64,000 bases of DNA from Candidatus Latescibacterota bacterium (GCA_965219455.1 OZ244744.1:672001-736000), one strand, 5' to 3'. Shown: positions 18,033-28,899, counted from the first letter of the stretch. Program-made: numbers and translations. The notes: generated from the letters alone by a model not told the origin.

Positions 18033-20216
18033 TTACGTACCGAAAGCATCGACAAACTTGACGAAATCTGCGTAATCCACCGTTCCGCTGCCGTTGAGGT
18101 CAAAGCGCGCGTCGGTACCGCCATACGCATCCACAAACAGAAAAAAATCGGCGTAATTGGTCCGCCCGTCGCCATTGAAATCGGTGGTCTTTTCGACGGG
18201 GGACGAGGTAGACGTCCACTCGGACACGTCCCAGAATTTGATCTGCTTACTATTCGACTTCGCATCATTGCCAATGAGCATTCTTCCGTCCGGAGAAAAC
18301 AACAGGCGCCGCACGCCGCCCGGTCCCCCTGAGATGGACGCCATAAGTTCGCTCGTCGAAATGTCCCATATTTCAATCAGACCAAAGGCCGTCACTGCGA
18401 GAATGGTACCATCGGGTGAAAACACCGGATAAGCACGATTGTAATCACGCATATCGTTCACGGCGCCGGTCTGTGCTCCTGTTGCCAGATCCCAAAGCTT
18501 AACTGTCCATGAAGTAGGTGATGCGAGAAGTGTCCCATCCCTGGAAACCGCTACCGCTCCTCTTGCTCCTGTCTCAATGGTCGAAATCTGGGATTTTGTA
18601 GTTACGTTCCATAGCCTGACAGTGCCGTCAAAAGACACGGAAGCAAGCTTCCCATCGCTCACAAAGGCGACCTTGCCTATTCTTTCAGCGTGTCCATCAA
18701 GGGTAGCGCTAGTTGCCCACGTCGCCACGTTCCAGATCTTTACCGTGCTGTCGATTGATCCGGAAGCGAGCATCGACCCGTCCGGCGAAAAGTCCAGAGA
18801 CGTGCCTTGATCAGTATGGCCTTCTAGCGTCGCGACTTCTGCTTCGCTGGTCACGTTCCACACTTTGATAGCGCCTTCCCGGGATCCTGCGGCGAGCAGC
18901 GTCCCGTCGGGAGAAAACGCTACAGTCGGAATCGTGTTGGACGAATAGTCTAAGGTGGTTCCTAAGGTGGTTATCGTCTCCCTTTTCGCAACGTCCAGCA
19001 ACTCCACAGTGGAAGCGCCGATTGCCAGAAATGCGCCGTCAGGAGATACCGCGAGGGCGCCGATGTCGTAAAAATGCGGCCTTTCGAGTGTGGCGATATG
19101 CTGCGGCGAGTGTCCCGCCTCAAGGGTAAAAAAAGCACTAGTACTCCGGGTGTGGGTACGATTTCCTGCCGTATCAACGGCCACGACATAGAACCGATGC
19201 TGAACCGTGTTGGAAAGCGTCGTATGCGCTTCGGCCACGGTGCCGACGTTGTCAGACGGAAGCCTGCCGTCAAAGTTGAATTCAACGACGGTATCCGTTT
19301 CGCCGGACAACCCATGGCACGCTTTCACTTCGGGTGTGCCGCCCAGAAATGGATTCTTGGGTTTGACGAACAGAATCACCTGGTGGAGTCCGTCATCATC
19401 GTGGACTCTCAGCTGGACGGGCGTACTCTGCGACCTGAACGGATATTCGGTTGATGAAACAAGCTCAAACGTAGGCGGCGATTCGTTTTCAAGTGGTACA
19501 TCGGGGTCGAAATAGGGATGCACGGCCAGGAACTCTGCGGCGCACGCGGACAATTCGGCGGACGACCTCTCCGCTCGTCCATACGACATGATGTACTTAT
19601 CGTCCCGGAAGTCATGGTGAAGGCCAAAGGCATGTCCCAGTTCATGCGCGGCGGCAAACCAATTCCAGTCGCCGTAAACCATCGCCCATCCGCTGTCTTT
19701 TCCCCCTGTTCCGCGGCCGTGGGCGGTTCTACTACTGACGTCCATGACAATCAGCATTATGTTTTTCGAGTTGTCGAATGCACGTTTAATCTCCCCTTCC
19801 GTATATCCCCGGCTGCTGTAGTGGCTGTCGGCGTAGTCCCCGTCTACGCGATGAACGACGGGATCGCCCTCGTCATCGGTTTCGATCCGGAAAGTCGTGT
19901 TTCCATATCCAAGCGCCTCCATCTGCTCGCCATAGAACGTCTGAAGATCGAGAATCCCCGATTTCATCGAATCGACCACCTCGGTGCGATACGGCCGGTC
20001 GTTTGGCAGAAAGTAGAAGAGCCGCAAGGTGCGGGGCTCGCCCACGTTCAGGTCCGCAGCCCACTTGCCCGCGGGACCGGGCTTATCGCTCTGCCAATGT
20101 TCGGGATCGACAGGCAGGCAGACATGCACGCTGTCGGCGGGCAGGGATGAAGCATTGGCGACCGCCAGGGGTGCGAGCAAGACGACCCAAATGACAAAGT
20201 GCATCATTGGCTTCAT
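18033..20216 (-). CDS. Secreted metzincin zinc metalloprotease + WD40 propeller + C-terminal dockerin-like module (paralog of 11329-13464)
   Basis: HELGHAFGLHH, YIMSY; WD40 repeats; DFNGDGRTNYADF...FDLNGSGTVDYADF; AAGGAGG RBS. Confidence 0.88.
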   Translation of the reverse strand: MKPMMHFVIWVVLLAPLAVANASSLPADSVHVCLPVDPEHWQSDKPGPAGKWAADLNVGEPRTLRLFYFLPNDRPYRTEVVDSMKSGILDLQTFYGEQMEALGYGNTTFRIETDDEGDPVVHRVDGDYADSHYSSRGYTEGEIKRAFDNSKNIMLIVMDVSSRTAHGRGTGGKDSGWAMVYGDWNWFAAAHELGHAFGLHHDFRDDKYIMSYGRAERSSAELSACAAEFLAVHPYFDPDVPLENESPPTFELVSSTEYPFRSQSTPVQLRVHDDDGLHQVILFVKPKNPFLGGTPEVKACHGLSGETDTVVEFNFDGRLPSDNVGTVAEAHTTLSNTVQHRFYVVAVDTAGNRTHTRSTSAFFTLEAGHSPQHIATLERPHFYDIGALAVSPDGAFLAIGASTVELLDVAKRETITTLGTTLDYSSNTIPTVAFSPDGTLLAAGSREGAIKVWNVTSEAEVATLEGHTDQGTSLDFSPDGSMLASGSIDSTVKIWNVATWATSATLDGHAERIGKVAFVSDGKLASVSFDGTVRLWNVTTKSQISTIETGARGAVAVSRDGTLLASPTSWTVKLWDLATGAQTGAVNDMRDYNRAYPVFSPDGTILAVTAFGLIEIWDISTSELMASISGGPGGVRRLLFSPDGRMLIGNDAKSNSKQIKFWDVSEWTSTSSPVEKTTDFNGDGRTNYADFFLFVDAYGGTDARFDLNGSGTVDYADFVKFVDAFGT

Positions 20217-20279
20217 CTCAACCTCCTTCCGTATTCCGTATCCTACCTTCGACGGGGCCGCGGCCGGGCACGGCGCCTG

Positions 20280-23200
20280 TTATTCGGATTCTGTATGTGG
20301 AACCTTCAAATGTGGCCGTACAGTCCGTAATTGATCCCGTAATTGCATCACCTGACGGCGGGGCGTACTATCCCCGCCACCGGTGCCGGTGTCCTGGCTG
20401 ATCACCCCCACCGCCAGTCCCGACGGATCGACAAGCCCGTCGGCGCTGGTGACCAGGTCTTCGACGCTGGAGCCATCCAGATTCGCTCGCTGGATCTTGT
20501 CCCCATCGACGTCCGTCCAGTACATCTTGCCGCCGGACACGTCCAGAGCCAGACCGGTGGGAGTGCTCAGGCCGCTGGCGACCAGGTCTTCCACGTTGGA
20601 GCCGTCCGGATTCGCACGCTGAACCTTGTGTGTGCCGCGATCCGTCCAGTATATCTTGCCGCCGGACAAATCCAGAGCCAGACCGGTGGGACTGTTCAGG
20701 CCGCTGGTGACCAGATCTTCCACGTTGGCGCCGTCCAGATTCGCGCGCTGGATCTTATCCGATCCCGGATTCGTCCAGTACATCTTGCCGGCAGACACGT
20801 CCAGGGCAAGTTCACCGGGAAACGCCAGGCCAGGCAGGGTGAGGAGGTCTTCGATATTTGTACCATCCAGATCGGCGCGTTGAATCTTGCTCGTCTGCCG
20901 ATTCGTCCAGTACATCTTGCCACCGGACGGGTCCAGAGCCAGACCGTACGGCACGCTCAGGCCGCTGGTAATCAGGTCTTCCACGTTGGCGCCGTCCAGG
21001 TCCGCGCGCTGGATCTTGTTCGACCCTACGTTCGTCCAATATATCTTGCCGCCGGACGGGTCCAGAGCCAGACCGTCGGGACCATCGAGTCCAGCGTCAC
21101 TGACCAGGTCTTCCACGTTGGAGCCGTCCAGGTCCGCACGTTGAATCTTATCGGTGCCCCAGTCCGTCCAGTACAGTTTGGAAGTACCCGTGGCGGGTGG
21201 GGGCGCCGTCGAGACCGTTATACTCACCGCTGCGGAGCAGTTGTTCCCGGTATCGGTTTCGTCGCTGACGCTCTCGACGCAGGCGCCGTAGTAGTAGGCG
21301 CCGGCGCTCGAGGGGGCGGTCAGCTCGATCGAATTACCGCTGGTTCCCGAGGCCGACAGGACCCCCACGGCGTCGGACCCCACCTCGGTATCGCTGGCAG
21401 AGATTGTCGCGTCGGTCGAGCGGTAGAAGCGCAGGGTGGTCACCACCGACTGACCCGTGCCCTGGTTGCGTACCGTGGCGTTCAGTGTGAAGGAAGCCCC
21501 AGCGGTCGGGTTGCTGTCACTGACCGTAGGCAAGTCAACGACGAGATCCGGGGCGACCACGGTTACGGTCACGGCTGCGGAGCAGTTGTTCCCGGTATTG
21601 CTTTCCCAACTGTCGCTCTCGACGCAGGCGCCGTAGTAGTAAGTCCCTGCGCTGGAGGGGGCGGTCAGGACGATTGAACGATTTCTGGTTCCGGAGACTG
21701 CCAGGCTGCCCACCCTGAGGGACCCCACCTCGGTATCGCTGTCAGAGATCGTCCCATCGGTCGAGCGGTAGAAGCGCAGGGTGGCCGCCGCCGACAGACC
21801 CGGACCCGTGCCCTGGTTTTCTACTGTGACCCTCAGATAGAAGGAGGCTCCAGCGGTCGGATTGCTGGGTATTGCTCGAGGCGTACCAACCACTAAGTCC
21901 GGGGCGCCCACGTCTACGTGTACGGCTGGGGAGCAGTTATTCTCGGTATTGCTTTCGCCGCTGACGCTCTCGACGCAGGCTCCGTAGTAGTAGTTGCCGG
22001 CGTTGGCGGGGAAGTAGACTATGATCCACTCGGCGCTGGTCCCGGAAGCGGACAGGCCCAACACCTCGTCGGTGCCGACCTGCGTGTCGCTGGTTGAAAT
22101 GGTTGCGTCGGTGGAAAGGAACCAGCGAAGGGTGGTCGCCGCGGACTGGCCGGTTCCCTGGTTGCGTACCGTGGCGCTCAGGACGAAGTCAGCCCCGGCG
22201 GTCGGGCTACCGACGATTACCGTAGGCGAGTCAACGACGAGATCCGGGGCAGGCGCCACGTTTACGGTTACGGCTGCGGAGCAGTTGTTTCCGGTATCGC
22301 TCTCGTCGCTGACGCTCTCGACGCAGGCGCCGTAGTAGTAGGTACCGGCGCTCGAGGGGGCGGTCAGCTCGATTGAATGCTCGCTCCTTCCGAAGGACGA
22401 CAGCCCCCCCACGTCTTGGGACCCCACCTCGGTATCGCTGGCAGAGATCGTTCCGTCGGTCGAGCGGTAGAAGCGCAGGGTGGTGGCCGTGGACTGGCCG
22501 GTTCCCTGGTTGCCCACGGTGGCGCTCAGGGTGAAGGAGGCCCCGGCGGTCGGGCTGCTGTTGCTGACCGTAGGCGCGTCTACTACGAGATCCGGGGCAG
22601 GTGCGGCGCTCACCGTTACGGTCACGGCTGCGGAGCAGTTGTTCCCGGTATCGCTTTCGCCGCTGACGCTCTCGACGCAGGCGCCGTAGTAGTAAGTCCC
22701 TGCGCTCGAGGGGGCGGTCAGGCTGATCGACTCTGCACTGGTACGGGATGCGGCAAGGACGCCCACCGCATGGCGCCCCACCTCGGTAACGTTGGCAGAA
22801 AGCGTCGCGTCGGTGGAAAGGAACCAGCGCAGGGTGGTCGCCGCGGACTGGCCGTTGCCCTGGTTGCGGACCGTAGCGCTCAACGTGAAGGAAGCCCCGG
22901 CGGTCGGGCTGCTGTTGCTGACCGTTGGGGTATCGACGACGAGATCCGGGGCAGGTGCGGCGCCCACGTTTACGGTTACTGCTGCGGAGCAGTTGTTCCC
23001 GGTGTTGCTTTCGCCGCTGACGCTCTCGACACAGGCGCCGTAGTAGTAAGTCCCTGCGCTGGAGGGGGCGGTCAGGCTGATCGACTCTGCACTGGTACGG
23101 GATGCGGCAAGGACGCCCACCGCATGGCGCCCCACCTCGGTAACGTTGGCAGAAAGCGTCGCGTCGGTGGAAAGGAACCAGCGCAGCGTGGTGGCCGCGG

Positions 23201-26200
23201 ACTGGCTGTTGCCCTGGTTGCGTACCGTGGCCCTCAGGGCGAAGGAAGCCCCAGCGGTCGGGGTGCTGTTGCTGACCGTAGGGGCATCGACGACGAGATC
23301 CGGGGCGCCCACGGTTACGGTCACGGCCAGGGAGCAGTTGTTTTCGGTATCGGATTCACCTGAAACGGCATCCACACAAGCGCCGTAGTAGTAGGCGCCG
23401 GCGCTCGAGGGGGCGGTCAGGGTGATCGACTCGAAACTGGTGCGAGAGGGGGCAAGGACGCCCACCGCGTCGGTGCCGACCTCCGTATCCAGGGTCGTAA
23501 TCGTCGCGTCGGTCGAGCGATAGTAGCGCAAGGTCGTGGCCGCTGCGGACTGGCGGTTGCCCTGGTTGCGGACGGTGGCCCTCAGGGCGAAGGAAGCCCC
23601 GGCGGTCGGGGTGCTGTTGCTGACCGTAGGCGCGTCAACGACGAGGTCGGTGGCCGGAGCGGCGCCCACGGTTACGGTCACGGCCAGGGAGCAGTTGTTC
23701 CCGGTATCGGATTCACCTGAAACGGCATCCACACAGGCGCCGTAGTAGAAGATCCCTGCATCCGACGGCGCATTCAGGCTGATCGACTCTGCACTGGTAC
23801 CGGGAGCGGCAAGGACGCCCACCGCGTCGGTGCCGACCTCCGTATCCAGGGTCGTAATCGTCGCGTCGGTCGAGCGATAATAGCGCAAGGTCGTGGCCGC
23901 TGCGGACGGGCGGTTGCCCTGGTTGCGTACCGTGGCCCTCAGGGTGAAGGAAGCCCCGGCGGTCGGCCTGCTGTTGCTGACCGTAGGGGCATCAACGACG
24001 AGATCAGGGGCGCCCACGGTTACGGTCACGGCTGCGGAGCAGTTGTTCCCGGTATCGCTCTCGTCGCTGACGCTCTCGACGCAGGCGCCGTAGTAGTAGG
24101 CGCCGGCGCTGGCGGGGGCGGTCAGGCTGATCGACTCTGCACTGGTACGGGATGCGGCAAGGACGCCCACCGCGTCGGTGCCGACTTCGGTATCGATGTC
24201 AGTGATCGTCGCGTCGGTCGAGCGATAGTAGCGCAGCGTGGTCGCCGTGGACTGGCCGGTACCCTGGTTGCGGACGGTCGCGCTCAACGTGAAGGAAGCC
24301 CCGGCAGTCGGGCTGCTGGTGCTTACCGAAGGCGAGTCAACGACAAGATCCGGGGCGCCCACGGTGACGGTCACGGCTGCGGAGCAGTTGTTCCCGGTGT
24401 CGCTTTCCCCGCTGACGCTCTCGACGCAGGCGCCATAGTAGTAGGTCCCGGCGCTCGAGGGGGCAGTCAGCTCGATTGAATGGTCGCTGGTTCCGGAGGC
24501 CGCCAGGCCGCCCACGGCGTCGGACCCCGCCTCGGTATCGCTGGCAGAGATCGTCCCGTCCGTCGAGCGGAAGAAGCGCAGGGTGGTGGCCGCGGACTGG
24601 CCGTTGCCCTGGTTGCGTACCGTGGCGCTCAACGTGAAGGAAGCCCCGGCAGTCGGGCTGCTGGTGCTGACCGTTGGGGTATCGACGACGAGATCCGGGG
24701 CGACCACGGTTACGGTCACGGCCAGGGAGCAGTTGTTTTCGGAATCGGATTCACCTGAAACGGCATCCACACAAGCGCCGTAGTAGAAGATCCCTGCATC
24801 CGACGGCGCGTTCAGGCTGATCGACTCGGCACTGGTACCGGGAGCGGCAAGGACGCCCACCGCGTCCGTGCCGACTTGCGTATCCTGCGTCGTAATCGTC
24901 GCGTCGGTCGAGCGGTAGTAGCGCAAGGTCGTGGTCGCCGCCGAAGCTCCCGAGCCCTGGTTGCGTACCGTGGCGCTCAGGGTGAACGAAGCCCCGGCGG
25001 TCGGCCTGCTGTTGCTGACCGTTGGGGCTTCGACGACGAGATCCGGGGCGACCACGGTTACGGTCACGGCTGCGGAGCAGTTGTTTTCGGAATCGGATTC
25101 ACCTGAAACGGCATCCACACAAGCACCGTAGTAGTAGGTCCCTGCATCCGACGGCGCATTCAGTCTGATCGACTCGGCACTGGTACCGGGAGCGGCAAGG
25201 ACGCCCACCGCGTCGGTGCCGACCTCCGTATCCCGGGTCGTAATCGTCGCGTCGGTGGAAAGGTACCAGCGCAGGGTGGTCGCCACGGACTGGCCGTTGG
25301 CCTGGTTGCGTACCGTGGCGCTCAGGGTGAAGGAAGCTCCGGCCGTCGGGCTGCTGGTGCTGACCGTTGGGGTATCGACGACCAGGTCGGGAGCAGGTGC
25401 GGCGCCCACGGTGACAGTCACAGCCGGGGAGCAGTTATTCCCTGCGTCGGATTCACCGCTGACGCTCTCGACGCAGGCGCCGTAGTAGTAGGTCCCTGCG
25501 CTCGAGGGGGCGGTCAGACTGATCGACTCGGAACTGATGCGAGAGGCGGCCAGGGTGCTCACAAGGGCGGTGCCGACCTCGGTGTCGCTGGTGGAAACCG
25601 TCGCGTCGGTGGAAAGGTACCAGCGCAGGGTGGCCGCCGCCGAAGCTCCCGAGCCCTGGTTGCGTACCGTGGCGCTCAGGGTGAAGGAGGCCCCCGCGGT
25701 CGGGCTGCTGGTGCTGACCGTAGGGACATCGACGACGAGATCCGGGGCGACCACGTTTACGGTAACGGCTGCGGAGCAGTTGTTTTCGGAATCGGATTCA
25801 CCTGAAACGGCATCCACACAAGCACCGTAGTAGAAGATCCCTGCATCCGACGGCGCATTCAGTCTGATCGACTCGGCACTGGTACCGGGAGCGACAAGGA
25901 CGCCCACCGCGTCGGTGCCGACCTCCGTATCCCGGGTCGTAATCGTCGCGTCGGTCGAGCGATAGTATCGCAGGGTGGTCGCCGCGGACTGGCCATTGCC
26001 CTGGTTGCGTACCGTGGCGCTCAGGGTGAAGGAAGCTCCGGCCGTCGGGCTGCTGGTGCTGACCGTTGGGGTATCGACGACCAGGTCGGGAGCAGGTGCG
26101 GCGCCCACGGTGACGGTCACAGCCGGGGAGCAGTTATTCCCGGCGTTGGATTCACCGCTGACGCTCTCGACGCAGGCGCCGTAGTAGTAGGTCCCTGCGC

Positions 26201-28577
26201 TGGAGGGGGCGGTCAGGCCGATCGACTCTGCACTGGTACGGGATGCGGCAAGGACGCCCACCGCGTCGGTGCCGACTTCGGTATCGATGTCAGTGATCGT
26301 CGCGTCGGTCGAGCGGTAGTAGCGCAGCGTGGTCGCCGTGGACTGGCCGGTACCCTGGTTGCGGACGGTCGCGTTCAGTGTGAACGAAGCCCCCGCGGTC
26401 GGGCTGCTGTTGCTGACCGTAGGCGCGTCAACGACGAGATCCGGGGCAGGTGCGGCGCCCACGGTGACGGTCACAGCCGGGGAGCAGTTATTCCCGGCGT
26501 TGGATTCACCGCTGACGCTCTCGACGCAGGCGCCGTAGTAGTAGGTCCCTGCGCTGGAGGGGGCGGTCAGGCCGATCGACTCTGCACTGGTACGGGATGC
26601 GCCTAGAACGCCCACCGCGTCGGTGCCGACTTGCGTATCCTGCGTCGTGATCGTCGTGTTGGTCGAGCGGTAGTAGCGCAAGGTCGTGGCCGCTGCGGAC
26701 TGGCCGGTACCCTGATTGCGGACCGTGGCGCTCAGGGTGAAGGAAGCCCCGGCAGTCGGGCTGCTGGTGCTGACCGTAGGGGCATCAACGACGAGATCCG
26801 GGGCGCCCACGGTTACGGCTACGGCTGCGGAGCAGTTGTTCCCGGTATCGCTTTCCCCGCTGACGCTCTCGACACAAGCACCGTAGTAGAAAATCCCGGC
26901 ATCCGACGGCGCATTCAGGCTGATCGACTCGGAACTGGCGCCGGGAGCGGCAAGGACGCCCACCGCGTCGGTGCCGACTTCGGTATCGATGTCAGTGATC
27001 GTCGCGTCGGTCGAGCGATAGTAGCGCAGCGTGGTCGCCGTGGACTGGCCGGTACCCTGGTTGCGGACGGTGGCGCTCAACGTGAAGGAAGCCCCGGCAG
27101 TCGGCCTGCTGTTGCTGACCGAAGGCGAGTCAACGACAAGATCGGGACGACCCCCGCCGCCACCCCCACCCCCGCCGCCGCCGGTTCCACTGCCTGGCGT
27201 CGCGCCCTCGGCAATCGGAGACCAGGGTCCCGGGGAGCCGGTATCGCACGAAGACGAGTTCCTGTACCGGTAACGAAATTCGTAGGTCGTATTCGGCTCC
27301 AGGGCAGGAGAGTAGATCCACGGAAGCGCGTAGGCGGTGATGGAATTGTCAGACCGGTTACTGTATGTCACACATACGTCGTTCCAACGACCTTGAGGCG
27401 TCTTTTCCCTCAATTGGAGATCATAGGCTCTGGTTTGTCCGGCGCGCCACGTGTCCCGAAAGGCAAAATAAAGCGTATCGGGTGCAGCACGCAAAAACAT
27501 GGGCGTCGCGAGATCGGAAAGGCTCCAATTCTCGGTTTCGCCGGTGGCGCCATTGTCACAGGCGAAACGCGCAGTGCCCGTGGTGGGTGAGGTGAAGGTC
27601 AGTCGGGTTGTACACCTGCCGCCGAACAGTTCCGGATTGTCGTAGGTTTGCGTGAATTGAGCTGTGTTTGCGCCGGTATTCGTGTATGCATAGCGTCCCT
27701 CGTGTCTCCTGAAGCCTTCGGTAAACCGGCCGGCAGAAACGATGTCCAGGAAAAACGTCTCCAACAGAATTCGCTTGCCAACGGCCAGGCGGTCGAAGGC
27801 ATCCTGATCGGCGGGGGCAAAGCCCGAAGGTGTCTCGACGACGGCGCCGAAGGCTTCGGCGAAGATGAGAAAATCGGAAAAGCCGACGGCTCCGTCGCTA
27901 TCCAGATCGATCCGCGCGTCATACTGCCCGTCGCCCTGTTGGGTCCCGAATTGTTCCGCAAATATCAGAAAGTCGGAAAAGCCGACGCGACCGTCGGCGT
28001 CGAAATCCGGAGAAGGCGCGACCGGCCCCGACGACACCTCGATGTTAAGGTTCAGGGGCAGGCGTTCGATGGGTCCGCCGCGGCCAAGTTCGGCGAGCGT
28101 AAGCCGGATTGTCGTACCCTCAAACGCCGCTGTCGTGCGAAAATGGATCGTGCCCACAAGACCCGTCGCGGCGGTGGCGCGACCCGCGAAAGATGCAAAA
28201 CTGACCTTCACGAAGGTCGGATTCGTCCCCGTTTCCACAAGTACCTGCGCATTGGGAAGAATGTCGCCGTTCTCAGACGCCTCGTATACGGCCTGACTCA
28301 CGTCGTATTCGAAACGAACGGAAACGCCTCGCGCGTCCTGGAGGTTTCTGCCGAACAGCTGGATGGAGACCCTCTGTTCCGGTGACGTGTTGAGCGCCGT
28401 CACACCCTGATCCCCAGCAGCGCCATTGGCGTCGGCAGAGAGCGAGAAACCGGTCTGGGAGTATACGTACCCCGGCCAGATCAACGTGGCGAACCACAGG
28501 ATCGCGAAAGTCGCGGCCACTATGGCGCGGCAACCCTGGAACTGACGACCTGTCGGATAGGGTCGACGAAAATCCAT
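20280..28577 (-). CDS. Giant (2765 aa) secreted protein: cohesin-like, dockerin-like, FN3-like, 17 CARDB-like repeats, six-bladed YWTD propeller
   Basis: Signal peptide; VSIQLFG...GVSVRFEYD...GLVGTIHF; double DFDADG; 17 (P/T)DLVV...FTL.ATVRNQG...YYYGACV...NNCS units; six YWT(D/N) motifs. Confidence 0.88.
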   Translation of the reverse strand: MDFRRPYPTGRQFQGCRAIVAATFAILWFATLIWPGYVYSQTGFSLSADANGAAGDQGVTALNTSPEQRVSIQLFGRNLQDARGVSVRFEYDVSQAVYEASENGDILPNAQVLVETGTNPTFVKVSFASFAGRATAATGLVGTIHFRTTAAFEGTTIRLTLAELGRGGPIERLPLNLNIEVSSGPVAPSPDFDADGRVGFSDFLIFAEQFGTQQGDGQYDARIDLDSDGAVGFSDFLIFAEAFGAVVETPSGFAPADQDAFDRLAVGKRILLETFFLDIVSAGRFTEGFRRHEGRYAYTNTGANTAQFTQTYDNPELFGGRCTTRLTFTSPTTGTARFACDNGATGETENWSLSDLATPMFLRAAPDTLYFAFRDTWRAGQTRAYDLQLREKTPQGRWNDVCVTYSNRSDNSITAYALPWIYSPALEPNTTYEFRYRYRNSSSCDTGSPGPWSPIAEGATPGSGTGGGGGGGGGGGRPDLVVDSPSVSNSRPTAGASFTLSATVRNQGTGQSTATTLRYYRSTDATITDIDTEVGTDAVGVLAAPGASSESISLNAPSDAGIFYYGACVESVSGESDTGNNCSAAVAVTVGAPDLVVDAPTVSTSSPTAGASFTLSATVRNQGTGQSAAATTLRYYRSTNTTITTQDTQVGTDAVGVLGASRTSAESIGLTAPSSAGTYYYGACVESVSGESNAGNNCSPAVTVTVGAAPAPDLVVDAPTVSNSSPTAGASFTLNATVRNQGTGQSTATTLRYYRSTDATITDIDTEVGTDAVGVLAASRTSAESIGLTAPSSAGTYYYGACVESVSGESNAGNNCSPAVTVTVGAAPAPDLVVDTPTVSTSSPTAGASFTLSATVRNQGNGQSAATTLRYYRSTDATITTRDTEVGTDAVGVLVAPGTSAESIRLNAPSDAGIFYYGACVDAVSGESDSENNCSAAVTVNVVAPDLVVDVPTVSTSSPTAGASFTLSATVRNQGSGASAAATLRWYLSTDATVSTSDTEVGTALVSTLAASRISSESISLTAPSSAGTYYYGACVESVSGESDAGNNCSPAVTVTVGAAPAPDLVVDTPTVSTSSPTAGASFTLSATVRNQANGQSVATTLRWYLSTDATITTRDTEVGTDAVGVLAAPGTSAESIRLNAPSDAGTYYYGACVDAVSGESDSENNCSAAVTVTVVAPDLVVEAPTVSNSRPTAGASFTLSATVRNQGSGASAATTTLRYYRSTDATITTQDTQVGTDAVGVLAAPGTSAESISLNAPSDAGIFYYGACVDAVSGESDSENNCSLAVTVTVVAPDLVVDTPTVSTSSPTAGASFTLSATVRNQGNGQSAATTLRFFRSTDGTISASDTEAGSDAVGGLAASGTSDHSIELTAPSSAGTYYYGACVESVSGESDTGNNCSAAVTVTVGAPDLVVDSPSVSTSSPTAGASFTLSATVRNQGTGQSTATTLRYYRSTDATITDIDTEVGTDAVGVLAASRTSAESISLTAPASAGAYYYGACVESVSDESDTGNNCSAAVTVTVGAPDLVVDAPTVSNSRPTAGASFTLRATVRNQGNRPSAAATTLRYYRSTDATITTLDTEVGTDAVGVLAAPGTSAESISLNAPSDAGIFYYGACVDAVSGESDTGNNCSLAVTVTVGAAPATDLVVDAPTVSNSTPTAGASFALRATVRNQGNRQSAAATTLRYYRSTDATITTLDTEVGTDAVGVLAPSRTSFESITLTAPSSAGAYYYGACVDAVSGESDTENNCSLAVTVTVGAPDLVVDAPTVSNSTPTAGASFALRATVRNQGNSQSAATTLRWFLSTDATLSANVTEVGRHAVGVLAASRTSAESISLTAPSSAGTYYYGACVESVSGESNTGNNCSAAVTVNVGAAPAPDLVVDTPTVSNSSPTAGASFTLSATVRNQGNGQSAATTLRWFLSTDATLSANVTEVGRHAVGVLAASRTSAESISLTAPSSAGTYYYGACVESVSGESDTGNNCSAAVTVTVSAAPAPDLVVDAPTVSNSSPTAGASFTLSATVGNQGTGQSTATTLRFYRSTDGTISASDTEVGSQDVGGLSSFGRSEHSIELTAPSSAGTYYYGACVESVSDESDTGNNCSAAVTVNVAPAPDLVVDSPTVIVGSPTAGADFVLSATVRNQGTGQSAATTLRWFLSTDATISTSDTQVGTDEVLGLSASGTSAEWIIVYFPANAGNYYYGACVESVSGESNTENNCSPAVHVDVGAPDLVVGTPRAIPSNPTAGASFYLRVTVENQGTGPGLSAAATLRFYRSTDGTISDSDTEVGSLRVGSLAVSGTRNRSIVLTAPSSAGTYYYGACVESDSWESNTGNNCSAAVTVTVVAPDLVVDLPTVSDSNPTAGASFTLNATVRNQGTGQSVVTTLRFYRSTDATISASDTEVGSDAVGVLSASGTSGNSIELTAPSSAGAYYYGACVESVSDETDTGNNCSAAVSITVSTAPPPATGTSKLYWTDWGTDKIQRADLDGSNVEDLVSDAGLDGPDGLALDPSGGKIYWTNVGSNKIQRADLDGANVEDLITSGLSVPYGLALDPSGGKMYWTNRQTSKIQRADLDGTNIEDLLTLPGLAFPGELALDVSAGKMYWTNPGSDKIQRANLDGANVEDLVTSGLNSPTGLALDLSGGKIYWTDRGTHKVQRANPDGSNVEDLVASGLSTPTGLALDVSGGKMYWTDVDGDKIQRANLDGSSVEDLVTSADGLVDPSGLAVGVISQDTGTGGGDSTPRRQVMQLRDQLRTVRPHLKVPHTESE
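21210..27148 (-). repeat. Coding tandem array of 17 CARDB-like units of about 345-357 bp
   Basis: Recurring gcaggcgccgtagtagta and ccctggttgcg(t/g)ac motifs at roughly 350-bp spacing. Confidence 0.9.
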
Positions 28578-28609
28578 CGTATCCTCCAGAGGCTAATTGG
28601 CCTCTTCAT

Positions 28610-28885
28610 GCCGGATGAGCAGTTGTTGCCGGTATTGCTCTCGGCGTTGGCGCCGCCGACCGCAAGTCCCCTCACCGCGTCCGTGCAGAGTTGTATATCC
28701 GTAGCATCAATGGTCGCGTGGACCGAGCGGTAGTAACGCAGCGTTGTGGCGACAGACCGACCCGTACCCTGATTGCGAGCCGTCCCCTGTAGCGTGAATT
28801 GCCGCCGGAACGTCAAAGGCTATCGCACCTCTCGGATAGTCCAACAGAAAGTTGCCGAACCCGAACAGCGTTGAGAACTTTCTAA
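28610..28885 (-). pseudogene. Decayed CARDB-like fragment with internal deletion
   Basis: QFTLQGTARNQGTGRSVATTLRYYRS...GLAVGGANAES joined directly to NTGNNCSSG. Confidence 0.75.
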
Positions 28886-28899
28886 GGCACTGACAAGCG

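Noticed and set aside
9673-27148. Regularly spaced repeats resembling CRISPR arrays
   Set aside because: Periods are multiples of three (72 bp, about 129 bp, about 350 bp) within open frames encoding LRR, YWTD and CARDB domains; there are no unique spacers and no cas genes
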